64,000 nt of DNA. It comes from an uncultured Bdellovibrionales bacterium. Its GTDB lineage: Bacteria > Pseudomonadota > Alphaproteobacteria > Micavibrionales > SZUA-601. Below the pieces are notes generated by a model. The model saw only the letters and a program-made list of their open reading frames with translations, searched no databases and was not told the DNA's origin. The stretch covers positions 153 to 64,152 of the forward strand of contig CAZBXD010000004.1 of NCBI GenBank assembly GCA_964496065.1. Reading direction: 5' to 3'. This document shows, piece by piece, positions 11,226 to 19,888 of the stretch. Position 1 is the stretch's first letter. Every line of letters begins with the position of its first letter. Made by a program: the position numbers and the translations under genes.

Positions 11226-12578
11226 ATGAGCGAATCTCCATCCACCCAAGACCTTAACACGCGGCGCAAACGCTTGAGCCGTCATGCTAAGGTTAGTGCT
11301 TCTGTTGGTGGGTTAGCTGCTAAGCTGGCAGGGGAAAAATTTCTTGGTCTAACAATTGATCGCGATGATCATGCGAAGGCATTACGGGGTGCTTTAGGTA
11401 ATCTTCGAGGACCGTTGCTCAAAGTGGCACAACTTTTAGCGACTATCCCCGATGCGCTACCAAAAGAATATGTCGCTGAACTACAACATTTGCAATCTAA
11501 TGCACCCCCAATGGGGTGGCCTTTTGTTAAGCGACGGATGAAAGCGGAACTTGGGGGGGACTGGCAGAGCCACTTTAAAAAATTTGATCGCGGCGCAATT
11601 GCCGCTGCGTCTTTGGGTCAAGTTCACCAAGCAATAAGCCTTAACGGTGAAAAACTTGCTTGTAAATTACAATATCCGGATATGACATCAGCGGTGGAGG
11701 CAGATCTAGCGCAGTTGCGTGTTGTCCTCAGATTGTTCGAAAAATATGACCGCGCTGTCTCAACCAAATATATTATTCAAGAAATTGAAGCGCGCCTGCG
11801 TGAAGAGCTGGATTACGCATTAGAGGCAAAATATACGGCTGCTTATGCCGAAATGTTGCAGGGTGAGACACAGGTAACTGTGCCAAAAATTTATCCTGAA
11901 TTATCAACCGATCGCCTTCTGACGACCGGTTGGGTTGATGGTAAACCAGTGCTCGAATTTAAGGATGCGCCAATTGAGCATCGTAATAAAATTGCTATGG
12001 CTCTTTTTCGAGCGTGGTATGTCCCACTGTATCATTATGGTTTTATTCACGGCGATCCACATTTAGGCAACTATACGATCCGATCCGATCATGGGATTAA
12101 TTTGCTTGATTTCGGCTGTGTCCGGATTTTCCCGCCTCGTTTTATTCAAGCGGTGCTCGATCTTTACAGAGCGCTACAAAATGATGATCGTGACCTGGCA
12201 TTACATGCGTTTGAGGTTTGGGGTTTTGAAAATCTTTCCGATGAAGTAGCCGATATTCTTCTGGTTTGGGCTGGATTTCTCTATGATCCAATCTTGGATA
12301 ATAACAAACGCGTTATTGGGCAAACTCATGGTCAAGTCTATGGGCGCGAAACTGCCGAGCGGGTCCATAAGAAACTCCGTGCTGCTGGTGGTGTGACTGT
12401 CCCAAGGGAGTTCGTTTTTATGGATCGCGCTGCTCTTGGCCTGGGATCAGTTTTTATCCATTTACAGGCAGAAATTAATTGGTTTGAAGTGTTTCATGAT
12501 TTAACCAATGACTTTAAAATTGAGAAAATTTCACAAAACCAAAAACAAATTCTCCAAAAACACCAGATAAGCATATAA
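11226..12578 (+). CDS. ABC1/UbiB-family atypical kinase
   Basis: 450 aa. AAASLGQVHQA, HGDPHLGNY and LLDFG motifs of the ABC1/AarF kinase family. Confidence 0.85.
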   Translation: MSESPSTQDLNTRRKRLSRHAKVSASVGGLAAKLAGEKFLGLTIDRDDHAKALRGALGNLRGPLLKVAQLLATIPDALPKEYVAELQHLQSNAPPMGWPFVKRRMKAELGGDWQSHFKKFDRGAIAAASLGQVHQAISLNGEKLACKLQYPDMTSAVEADLAQLRVVLRLFEKYDRAVSTKYIIQEIEARLREELDYALEAKYTAAYAEMLQGETQVTVPKIYPELSTDRLLTTGWVDGKPVLEFKDAPIEHRNKIAMALFRAWYVPLYHYGFIHGDPHLGNYTIRSDHGINLLDFGCVRIFPPRFIQAVLDLYRALQNDDRDLALHAFEVWGFENLSDEVADILLVWAGFLYDPILDNNKRVIGQTHGQVYGRETAERVHKKLRAAGGVTVPREFVFMDRAALGLGSVFIHLQAEINWFEVFHDLTNDFKIEKISQNQKQILQKHQISI

Positions 12579-12687
12579 CCCTTTGTTTTTTAACACAATA
12601 AAAGGCCTGCAAAATAAGGGTAAATTCGCATTATGTTAACTTTATTGATATAATAATAGACTGTTAAAAATAGTAGGGGGGTCGGGT

Positions 12688-12873
12688 ATGTCTACAGAAA
12701 ATCAGAAAAACAAAAACACGGCTGCTGCTGGTGTTGTAACAAGCGTTCAAAATGCTTCTAAGGAGGAAGCGGCTGCAATTATTGGTAAAAGTTATTATCA
12801 TTTAAGTGCAGAATTTTTTGATAATATGGTCCGTTTTGATACCAATAAAACAGTTAGGGGTCATCAAAAATAA
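12688..12873 (+). CDS. hypothetical small protein (61 aa)
   Basis: ATG preceded by a G-rich RBS-like stretch (GGGGGGTCGGGT). No recognisable family. Confidence 0.35.
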   Translation: MSTENQKNKNTAAAGVVTSVQNASKEEAAAIIGKSYYHLSAEFFDNMVRFDTNKTVRGHQK

Positions 12874-13000
12874 AACTGTCCTGCGCAATGAAAGCCGGTT
12901 AACAACTCACAAATTTAATCAATTCTTCGTCTTGCCCGCAAGGGGGGAATAATGGTATCAAAGATCCTGTTGACTTTATCTCAAACAGGGTTTTTACATC

Positions 13001-14311
13001 ATGAAAATTGCTGCGCTCAAGGAAATTAATAACAATGAACATCGCGTTGCGATCACGCCGGATATAGCCAAGAAATATATCGCTAATGGCCATAGTGTTG
13101 CGCTTGAAAAAGGCGCTGGGATCAGCGCGGGTTATCCGGATGCGGCTTATAAAAAGGTTGGTGTGGTGGTTGTCGCAACAGCAAAAGCAGCTTTGAGCGG
13201 CGCGCAGATTGTCCTGAAGGTGCAACCGTTTGAGGACAAAGAGCTGACCAATCTGCCAGAAAAGGCCGTTGTGATCAGTCATATGGATCCGTTTAATACC
13301 GCAGATTTGGCAAAAAAACTGGCCGCTAAAAAAGCCACGACATTTGCGATGGAGCTGGTCCCACGCATCACCCGGGCACAGTCTATGGATGTTCTATCGT
13401 CACAATCCAATCTGGCGGGGTATCGTGCCGTGATTGATGCGGCGCATGCCTATGGCCGCGCCTTTCCGATGATGATGACTGCCGCCGGTACAGTCGCACC
13501 AGCTAAAGCTTTTATTATGGGGGTTGGGGTGGCCGGCCTGCAAGCGATTGCCACGGCAAAGCGTCTCGGCGCGGTTGTTTCTGCCACCGATGTGCGCGCC
13601 GCGACAAAGGAACAGGTTGAAAGTCTGGGTGGCTCTTTCATCATGGTCGAAGACGAAGAAAGTAAAGCGGCCGAAACCGCCGGCGGTTATGCCAAGGAAA
13701 TGTCAGAATCTTACAAGAAAAAACAAGCCGATCTGATCGCGCAAACGATTACCAAACAAGATATTGTCATTACTACTGCGCTGATCCCGGGTCGACTAGC
13801 GCCGGTTTTGGTGACAGAAGAGATGGTCAAGACTATGAAACCAGGTTCCGTGATTGTTGATCTGGCCGCCGCACAAGGCGGAAACTGCCCACTTTCAGAA
13901 GCGGATAAGATTGTGGAAAAACACGGTGTCACGATTATCGGTTATACTAACCTCGCCTCCCGCATTGCGGCGGACGCTTCCGCATTGTATGCGAAAAACC
14001 TCTTAAATTTTGTTGATCTAATCACCGATGATGCCGGCAAACTGGCGATTGACTGGGAGGATGAGATTATTAAAGGCACGGCCCTGACCCACGCCGGTAA
14101 GCTGGTGCATGACCGTTTTGGTGGAGCCAAGCCAAAAGCAAAGAAGGCAAACGCAGCGACTAAGAAAGTGACAACAGTCAAGAAGGTTGGCGCTGCGGCT
14201 AAGGCCAAAAAAACTACGGCGAAGAAGGCGGTGGCAAAAAAGAAACCGGCGAATAGTTCGCCTAAGAAGCCTCCTGTTCAAAAAAAGACGACCACGAAGA
14301 AAGGGAAATAG
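13001..14311 (+). CDS. pntAA: NAD(P) transhydrogenase subunit alpha part 1 (dI) with a Lys/Ala-rich C-terminal extension
   Basis: Alanine dehydrogenase/PNT fold with Rossmann motif GVGVAGLQAIATAKRLGA. The last 63 aa are KPKAKKANAATKKVTTVKKVGAAAKAKKTTAKKAVAKKKP... Confidence 0.92.
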   Translation: MKIAALKEINNNEHRVAITPDIAKKYIANGHSVALEKGAGISAGYPDAAYKKVGVVVVATAKAALSGAQIVLKVQPFEDKELTNLPEKAVVISHMDPFNTADLAKKLAAKKATTFAMELVPRITRAQSMDVLSSQSNLAGYRAVIDAAHAYGRAFPMMMTAAGTVAPAKAFIMGVGVAGLQAIATAKRLGAVVSATDVRAATKEQVESLGGSFIMVEDEESKAAETAGGYAKEMSESYKKKQADLIAQTITKQDIVITTALIPGRLAPVLVTEEMVKTMKPGSVIVDLAAAQGGNCPLSEADKIVEKHGVTIIGYTNLASRIAADASALYAKNLLNFVDLITDDAGKLAIDWEDEIIKGTALTHAGKLVHDRFGGAKPKAKKANAATKKVTTVKKVGAAAKAKKTTAKKAVAKKKPANSSPKKPPVQKKTTTKKGK

Positions 14312-15721
14312 ATGACCCAAACTGCCTTGCAAGAAAATACCGAAGGAAAGCTGATATCAACAAATCCCGCTTGCGGATTTTCCGTATTAGGGGAGGTATT
14401 GATTACACCACCAGCTGAGATTAAAACTAAAGTAGCCAAAGCGCGTGCGGCACAAAAAAAATGGTATCAGCAGGGTTTAGCAGCGCGCATTCAGGCGATC
14501 GAAAATTTAACAGCGGTGTTGAAAGCAAGGGGCGATGATTTTATCCGCCGGACGTCACAAGAAATGGGAATGCCTTTGGGTCTTTCGGGAAGTATTGTTG
14601 ATGGGGCAATTGCTGGTTTTGAATGGGATTGTGCTAACGCAGCAACATGCTTAGCCAGTGAAACACTCTTTGAAGATGATAACGAAATTAATGAGCTGGT
14701 TTATGAACCCTTTGGTGTGGTTGGGTGTATTGTTGCTTGGAATTTTCCTTTAGCAAATTTTGCAGTTAGCGTATCTCAAACGCTTCTTGCCGGTAATACG
14801 GTGGTGATGAAATATTCTGAGGAAATCCCGCTATTTTGTCAGTTTCTTGAGACTGTTATTGAAGAAAGTGGTTTTCCAGCCGATGTGATAAATTTTATCT
14901 ATGGTGATGGACAAACAGGAGCCATTTTAACCGAGCAGGATGTAAACATGCTTTCTTTTACTGGCAGTTCAGTGACAGGAAAAAAAATCTATCAACAAGC
15001 AGCAGAAAAATTAATTCCCGTGGCTTTGGAATTAGGTGGATCAAGTCCAGGGATTGTTTTTGAGGATATGCCGGTTGATGATGTGTTGATAGAAAAACTT
15101 TTTTGGAAGCGTTTTCTTAATACTGGTCAATTTTGTGATGGGATGAAACGCCTCTTTGTTCATGAAAATCTTTTTGATGATGTTGTGGCAAAGCTTGCTG
15201 AGTATGCCAAGAAAAAGATAATTGGCGATCCGCTGGATGAAAAAGTTGAGCTTGGCCCTCTTGTGGCAGAGCGGCAGGTTCTTAAACTTGAAGCGCAATT
15301 ACAAGATGCGCTTGATAAAGGGGCAACACTGCATTGCGGTGGTAAAAGGCCGGCAGGTTTAAACGGTGCTTATTATGAACCGACAATCCTATCGAATATT
15401 ACAAAGAATATGAAGGTATGGTCAGAAGAGGTTTTTGGACCGGTTTTACCCATAATACCTTTTAAGACATATGACGACGCTATTACATTAGCGAACGAAA
15501 CTTCTTATGGCTTGAGCGCGTTTGTTTTTACAAAAGATCAGTCGCTTTTTAAGAAAGTGGTCGCGGATATTAAAGCCGGATCAATTGATGATGGCATGGC
15601 GCATTTTTATCGGCCACAGAATCCATTTGGTGGCTATAAGGATTCGGGTATAGGCCGCCAAGGTGGAAAAATAGGTTTCCATGACGTGTGTCAGAAAAAA
15701 GTTATTGCAAGAGTAAAATAG
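14312..15721 (+). CDS. aldehyde dehydrogenase family protein
   Basis: 469 aa. ELGGSSPGIVFED (catalytic Glu region) and FLNTGQFCDGMKRLFV (catalytic Cys region). The ATG directly abuts the pntAA TAG. Confidence 0.9.
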   Translation: MTQTALQENTEGKLISTNPACGFSVLGEVLITPPAEIKTKVAKARAAQKKWYQQGLAARIQAIENLTAVLKARGDDFIRRTSQEMGMPLGLSGSIVDGAIAGFEWDCANAATCLASETLFEDDNEINELVYEPFGVVGCIVAWNFPLANFAVSVSQTLLAGNTVVMKYSEEIPLFCQFLETVIEESGFPADVINFIYGDGQTGAILTEQDVNMLSFTGSSVTGKKIYQQAAEKLIPVALELGGSSPGIVFEDMPVDDVLIEKLFWKRFLNTGQFCDGMKRLFVHENLFDDVVAKLAEYAKKKIIGDPLDEKVELGPLVAERQVLKLEAQLQDALDKGATLHCGGKRPAGLNGAYYEPTILSNITKNMKVWSEEVFGPVLPIIPFKTYDDAITLANETSYGLSAFVFTKDQSLFKKVVADIKAGSIDDGMAHFYRPQNPFGGYKDSGIGRQGGKIGFHDVCQKKVIARVK

Positions 15722-15730
15722 GAGATAAAA

Positions 15731-16111
15731 GTGACCCAAGAAACTCAATTAAACGATGTTTTATCACAGTTGGATGCGGCGCGGCAGGCCTTGAGTGAGA
15801 TGGCGGTGCAAGGCGCGTCAAGCGGCACGCCCGGCTTTTTTATGATCGGGTTGACGGTTTTTGTCCTGGCCTGTTTTGTTGGTTATTATGTGATTTGGCA
15901 TGTGACACCGGCGCTGCACTCGCCGCTGATGTCGGTTTCAAACGCCATTTCTGGTGTGGTGATCCTTGGCGCGCTGATTGCCGCCGGAACGAAGGATACT
16001 GATTTTGCCAAATGGATGGGCTTTATCGCTGTGACCCTGGCCTCGATTAATATCTTTGGCGGGTTTGCGGTCACGGATCGGATGTTGGCGCTGTTTAAGA
16101 AAAAATCTTAA
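15731..16111 (+). CDS. pntAB: NAD(P) transhydrogenase subunit alpha part 2 (membrane)
   Basis: 126 aa hydrophobic protein with SNAISGVVILGAL. GTG start preceded by AGGAGA. Confidence 0.88.
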   Translation: MTQETQLNDVLSQLDAARQALSEMAVQGASSGTPGFFMIGLTVFVLACFVGYYVIWHVTPALHSPLMSVSNAISGVVILGALIAAGTKDTDFAKWMGFIAVTLASINIFGGFAVTDRMLALFKKKS

Positions 16112-16140
16112 AAAGATTTTTGAGTGAGAAAGGAAAAATC

Positions 16141-17004
16141 ATGACGAAAACCATTGTGACATCGATAATCGCCGCCGTGTTCGCCGCGGTGCTGACGGTG
16201 CAGATGATGGTTCCGGGTGGGACGGCTGTTGTTGCGCCGGCTTCAGAGGAGGAAGAAAGCACTTATGATCGGGTGATGCGCACGGGTACAATTCGGTGTG
16301 GCTATACGCCTTGGCCACCCTATAGGGGTAAGGACCTTGAAACGGGCGAATTAGTTGGCATTGATATTGATTTAATAAAGCAGTTTGAAAGCGTGACAAA
16401 TCTGTCATTTGAATTTGTAGAGGTGGCGCTTGGTCAAAATATTGAAGACCTAAACTCCGGTAAAATTGATGTGATGTGTGGGGCTGGGCCTTGGCAGCTT
16501 TCAATGATTGTATATGCAGATTTCTCCAGCCCACTCTACTATGCACCAATCTATATTTATGGGCGTCACGATGAGGAGCGCTTTCAAACTATGGCAGATC
16601 TCAATTCTGAATTAGTCACTTTTGCAGCGATTGATGGTGATCTTAGCCATGATTTGAAGGGGAGGCTCTTCCCAAAAGCAAAGATACACGCTCTTTCGCA
16701 AATGGCACAATCGTCTCAGTTAGTCCTTGATGTAGCCCTTTCTAAGGCAGATGCAACAATATATGATCCCCAAGCTGCAGAAGGTTTTATCAAAAATAAT
16801 CCTAACCAGATCAAGAAACTGTTTGATAAACCGGTAGCGGTTTATGGTCTTGGGTTTGCTGTTAAAAAAGGTGAAAAAGATATGCTGAATCTTTTAAATT
16901 CGGCGGTAAATATCATGAAAGATATTGGGGTGATTTCCCCTATTTTAAGAAAATATGATCCGGAAGAAGTTTTTCTTCTTGAGGCACAGGATAACTATAA
17001 ATAA
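16141..17004 (+). CDS. family-3 solute-binding protein (amino-acid ABC-type SBP), orphan
   Basis: Signal/anchor sequence, then YDRVMRTGTIRCGY...GIDIDL, typical of PBPb/SBP_bac_3. Paralog of 55607-56440. No adjacent permease or ATPase. Confidence 0.8.
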   Translation: MTKTIVTSIIAAVFAAVLTVQMMVPGGTAVVAPASEEEESTYDRVMRTGTIRCGYTPWPPYRGKDLETGELVGIDIDLIKQFESVTNLSFEFVEVALGQNIEDLNSGKIDVMCGAGPWQLSMIVYADFSSPLYYAPIYIYGRHDEERFQTMADLNSELVTFAAIDGDLSHDLKGRLFPKAKIHALSQMAQSSQLVLDVALSKADATIYDPQAAEGFIKNNPNQIKKLFDKPVAVYGLGFAVKKGEKDMLNLLNSAVNIMKDIGVISPILRKYDPEEVFLLEAQDNYK

Positions 17005-17019
17005 AGGAAAAAGATAAAA

Positions 17020-18399
17020 ATGGTTTCATTGGCTTATTTAATTGCTGCCGTGCTGTTTATTCTCTCATTGCGGGGATTGTCGTCACCGGTGACGGCCCGG
17101 CGCGGCAATATGCTGGGTATGGTCGGCATGGCGTTGGTTGTCTTTACCACGCTTATTTCCAATCAGGTCATGTCCTATGGCATGATCTTGCTCGCGGTCC
17201 TTATTGGGGGCACGATCGGGACGGTGATGGCGAAACGCGCCAAGATGACCGACTTGCCGCAGCTGGTCGCCCTGTTTAATGGCTTTGGGGGATTTGCCTC
17301 CGTCTTTATTGCGCTGGCGGCATTTTATAATCCGGCCGCGCATGGTATTGGCTTTGTTGGCGATATTCACAGTAAATCTGTCCTCGAAATTGCGCTGTCC
17401 GTTGTTATTGGCTCGATTACTTTCTCCGGCTCCCTGATCGCCTTTGGCAAGCTACAGGGGATTTTGCCAAAGAATTTTATGCGGTTCCCGAAACAACAAC
17501 TAATCAATCTGGCCCTGGGTGGGGTGATCCTGTTTTCTGTACTCCTGCTGCTCGGGGGGCAGTCGAGTTTTATGCTCTGGGTGTTGATTTGTTTGGCGCT
17601 GGCCTTAGGTGTAACGCTCGTGACGCCAATTGGCGGGGCGGATATGCCGGTGGTGATTTCGATGCTCAATAGTTATTCCGGTTTTGCGGCGGTCGCCGTG
17701 GGTTTCACTTTGCAAAACACCCTCTTGATTATTGTCGGCTCGCTTGTTGGGGCCTCGGGCGCGATCCTGTCCTATATCATGTGTAAGGGGATGAACCGAT
17801 CCTTCACCAATGTGATTTTTGGCGGCCTGAATGAACAGGCCACCGTGGCAGAGGATGATGGGGTAGATCGTGTCGCAAAAATGGGTTCGGCGGATGATGC
17901 GGCGTTTATTATGAAGAATGCGTCGAATGTGATTATTGTCCCGGGATATGGCATGGCGGTGGCGCAAGCACAACATGCGGTGAAAGAAATGGTCGATATT
18001 CTGAAAGCCGAAGGGGTCAATGTCCGCTATGCGATCCATCCGGTGGCGGGACGGATGCCAGGGCATATGAATGTCCTCCTGGCAGAGGCGAATGTCCCCT
18101 ATGATGATGTTTTTGAACTAGATGATATCAACCGCGATTTTGCCCAGGCCGATGTCGCTCTGGTGATTGGCGCGAATGATATTACTAATCCGGCGGCGAA
18201 TGATGATCCAAATTCCCCGATTGCGGGGATGCCGATCCTGGATGTTGGCAATGCCAAGACCGTCCTGTTTGTGAAACGCTCGCTTGGGGTTGGCTATGCC
18301 GGGATTGATAACAAACTCTTCTATGCGGATAATACGATGATGCTCCTCGACGGTGCGAAGAAGATGACAGAAAATATTATTAAAGCCCTAGCGGCTTAA
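17020..18399 (+). CDS. pntB: NAD(P) transhydrogenase subunit beta
   Basis: 459 aa. Polytopic N-terminal half, and a dIII domain with YGMAVAQAQH and IHPVAGRMPGHMNVLLAEA. Confidence 0.95.
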   Translation: MVSLAYLIAAVLFILSLRGLSSPVTARRGNMLGMVGMALVVFTTLISNQVMSYGMILLAVLIGGTIGTVMAKRAKMTDLPQLVALFNGFGGFASVFIALAAFYNPAAHGIGFVGDIHSKSVLEIALSVVIGSITFSGSLIAFGKLQGILPKNFMRFPKQQLINLALGGVILFSVLLLLGGQSSFMLWVLICLALALGVTLVTPIGGADMPVVISMLNSYSGFAAVAVGFTLQNTLLIIVGSLVGASGAILSYIMCKGMNRSFTNVIFGGLNEQATVAEDDGVDRVAKMGSADDAAFIMKNASNVIIVPGYGMAVAQAQHAVKEMVDILKAEGVNVRYAIHPVAGRMPGHMNVLLAEANVPYDDVFELDDINRDFAQADVALVIGANDITNPAANDDPNSPIAGMPILDVGNAKTVLFVKRSLGVGYAGIDNKLFYADNTMMLLDGAKKMTENIIKALAA

Positions 18400-18420
18400 G
18401 AAAAAAATTAGTGAGTAAAG

Positions 18421-18450
18421 AAAAACCCCGCTTTTAAGCGGGGTTTTTTG
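18421..18450. terminator. bidirectional rho-independent terminator
   Basis: AAAAACCCCGC-TTTTAA-GCGGGGTTTTTT between convergent pntB and the 18474 gene. Confidence 0.85.
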
Positions 18451-18473
18451 TATTAATTTTGTGGTTTGAGTGC

Positions 18474-18809
18474 TTATATTCTAGCACTTATTTGTTCTTT
18501 AATCACAGGGATGTTATGTGTGTTGTGTTTGACGGCTTGAGCAAAATCAGCGGCAATAGCAAAGAAACCACTCTCTGTATCATAATATAAATTTTCGGTG
18601 CCAATAACGGTATTAAAACTATTGTTTTCATTATTTTCCTTCACTGTAGCAGCAAAACGTTTTTTCTGATCAGTGATTGTTTCTTCGTTTTCACCAAAAG
18701 TGATTTCTGTTAGCAGGTTCATCTCGTCATTTGTCATCTCAACGCTGATTTCTTTCATCATTGCTCTGAATTGTTTAGCAAAAGTGTCTTTTTGTTCTTT
18801 TGTAGGCAT
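18474..18809 (-). CDS. hypothetical protein (AT-rich, acidic, helical)
   Basis: The ORF extends to 18863, but the Met at 18809 (MPTKEQKD...) has a strong RBS (GAGGGAAG). No recognisable family. Confidence 0.5.
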   Translation of the reverse strand: MPTKEQKDTFAKQFRAMMKEISVEMTNDEMNLLTEITFGENEETITDQKKRFAATVKENNENNSFNTVIGTENLYYDTESGFFAIAADFAQAVKHNTHNIPVIKEQISARI

Positions 18810-18928
18810 TTCTTCCCTCTCTTGTTTATGTTTTTGTGGGACGCCTTTCTTAAGGCTTTTCATAAAAGTCGTCAGGGGGGTTATTTTCCTCGCGCTGGAG
18901 ATTTTTTTTCTCTAAACTAATTCTTATT

Positions 18929-19888
18929 ATGACAGGTGATTTTTCCATTCTAAACACGCCAAAATTTCAAGCGCCAAAAGGCTGGTTTGAGGGGCAGTTT
19001 CAAGTCGCCTCTGATCGGGTGATCCGCTATGGTCAGTTGATCCCGGATGATATGCCGCGTGAATCACTTATTATTATTCCGGGTAATCAGGAAAGCTATG
19101 AAAAATACTTTGAATTTATTCATGATCTGCGCCCTTATGAGAATGGCACTCGGGTGTTTATCTATGACCCGTATGGGCAAGGTGAGTCGGGTCGTGATTT
19201 AGAGGATCCGCGAAAAATGCATTCCGTTGGTTTTGGTCGGGATATTGCCGATCTCAATGCCTTTGTTGATCATATTGTCCTCACGCAACAAGCCAATGAT
19301 CGTCCATTAATTATGATTGGTCATTCCAAGGGTGCGCATTTTTTGATGCGTTATTTGGGATATAATGATCACCCTGTCAATAAGGCGGTGTTTGTTGTGC
19401 CAATGTTGGGTATTCGAAGCGGAATAATTCCAGAATGGATCGTAAAATTTTTAACCGCGACACTCTATCATTTTGGCGGGGGCGAGCGCTATGTTCCTGG
19501 GGCATCGCATTGGCGTGAAGATCAACAATCAGCTCGAATGCGGGCCCGGCTTTCGAGTGACCCGGTTCGCAGTATGGTGCGTCAATTATGGGCGGCAAAA
19601 CGCCCACAACAGCAAATGAGCGCAGTAACAGTTGGATGGTTGTATCATGCGTTACAATCAATTGCGTATCTCAATCAATCGGCGGTATTAAAAAATATCA
19701 CCATCCCAAGTTTAATGGTAACAGCCGGTGGCGATACTGTGGTGAGTATTAACCGACAAAATCGGGCAGCACAGCTGATACCACACTGTCGTCAGATTAC
19801 AATCCCAAAAGCCCGGCATGATATCTGGATGGAGCAGGATCTATATCGCGAACCATTTATTAAAGCTATTCGTGATTTTATTTTTTAG
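18929..19888 (+). CDS. alpha/beta hydrolase (lysophospholipase L2-like)
   Basis: 319 aa. Nucleophile elbow GHSKGA, and a [10 protein letters not shown] region resembling the PldB family. Confidence 0.75.
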   Translation: MTGDFSILNTPKFQAPKGWFEGQFQVASDRVIRYGQLIPDDMPRESLIIIPGNQESYEKYFEFIHDLRPYENGTRVFIYDPYGQGESGRDLEDPRKMHSVGFGRDIADLNAFVDHIVLTQQANDRPLIMIGHSKGAHFLMRYLGYNDHPVNKAVFVVPMLGIRSGIIPEWIVKFLTATLYHFGGGERYVPGASHWREDQQSARMRARLSSDPVRSMVRQLWAAKRPQQQMSAVTVGWLYHALQSIAYLNQSAVLKNITIPSLMVTAGGDTVVSINRQNRAAQLIPHCRQITIPKARHDIWMEQDLYREPFIKAIRDFIF

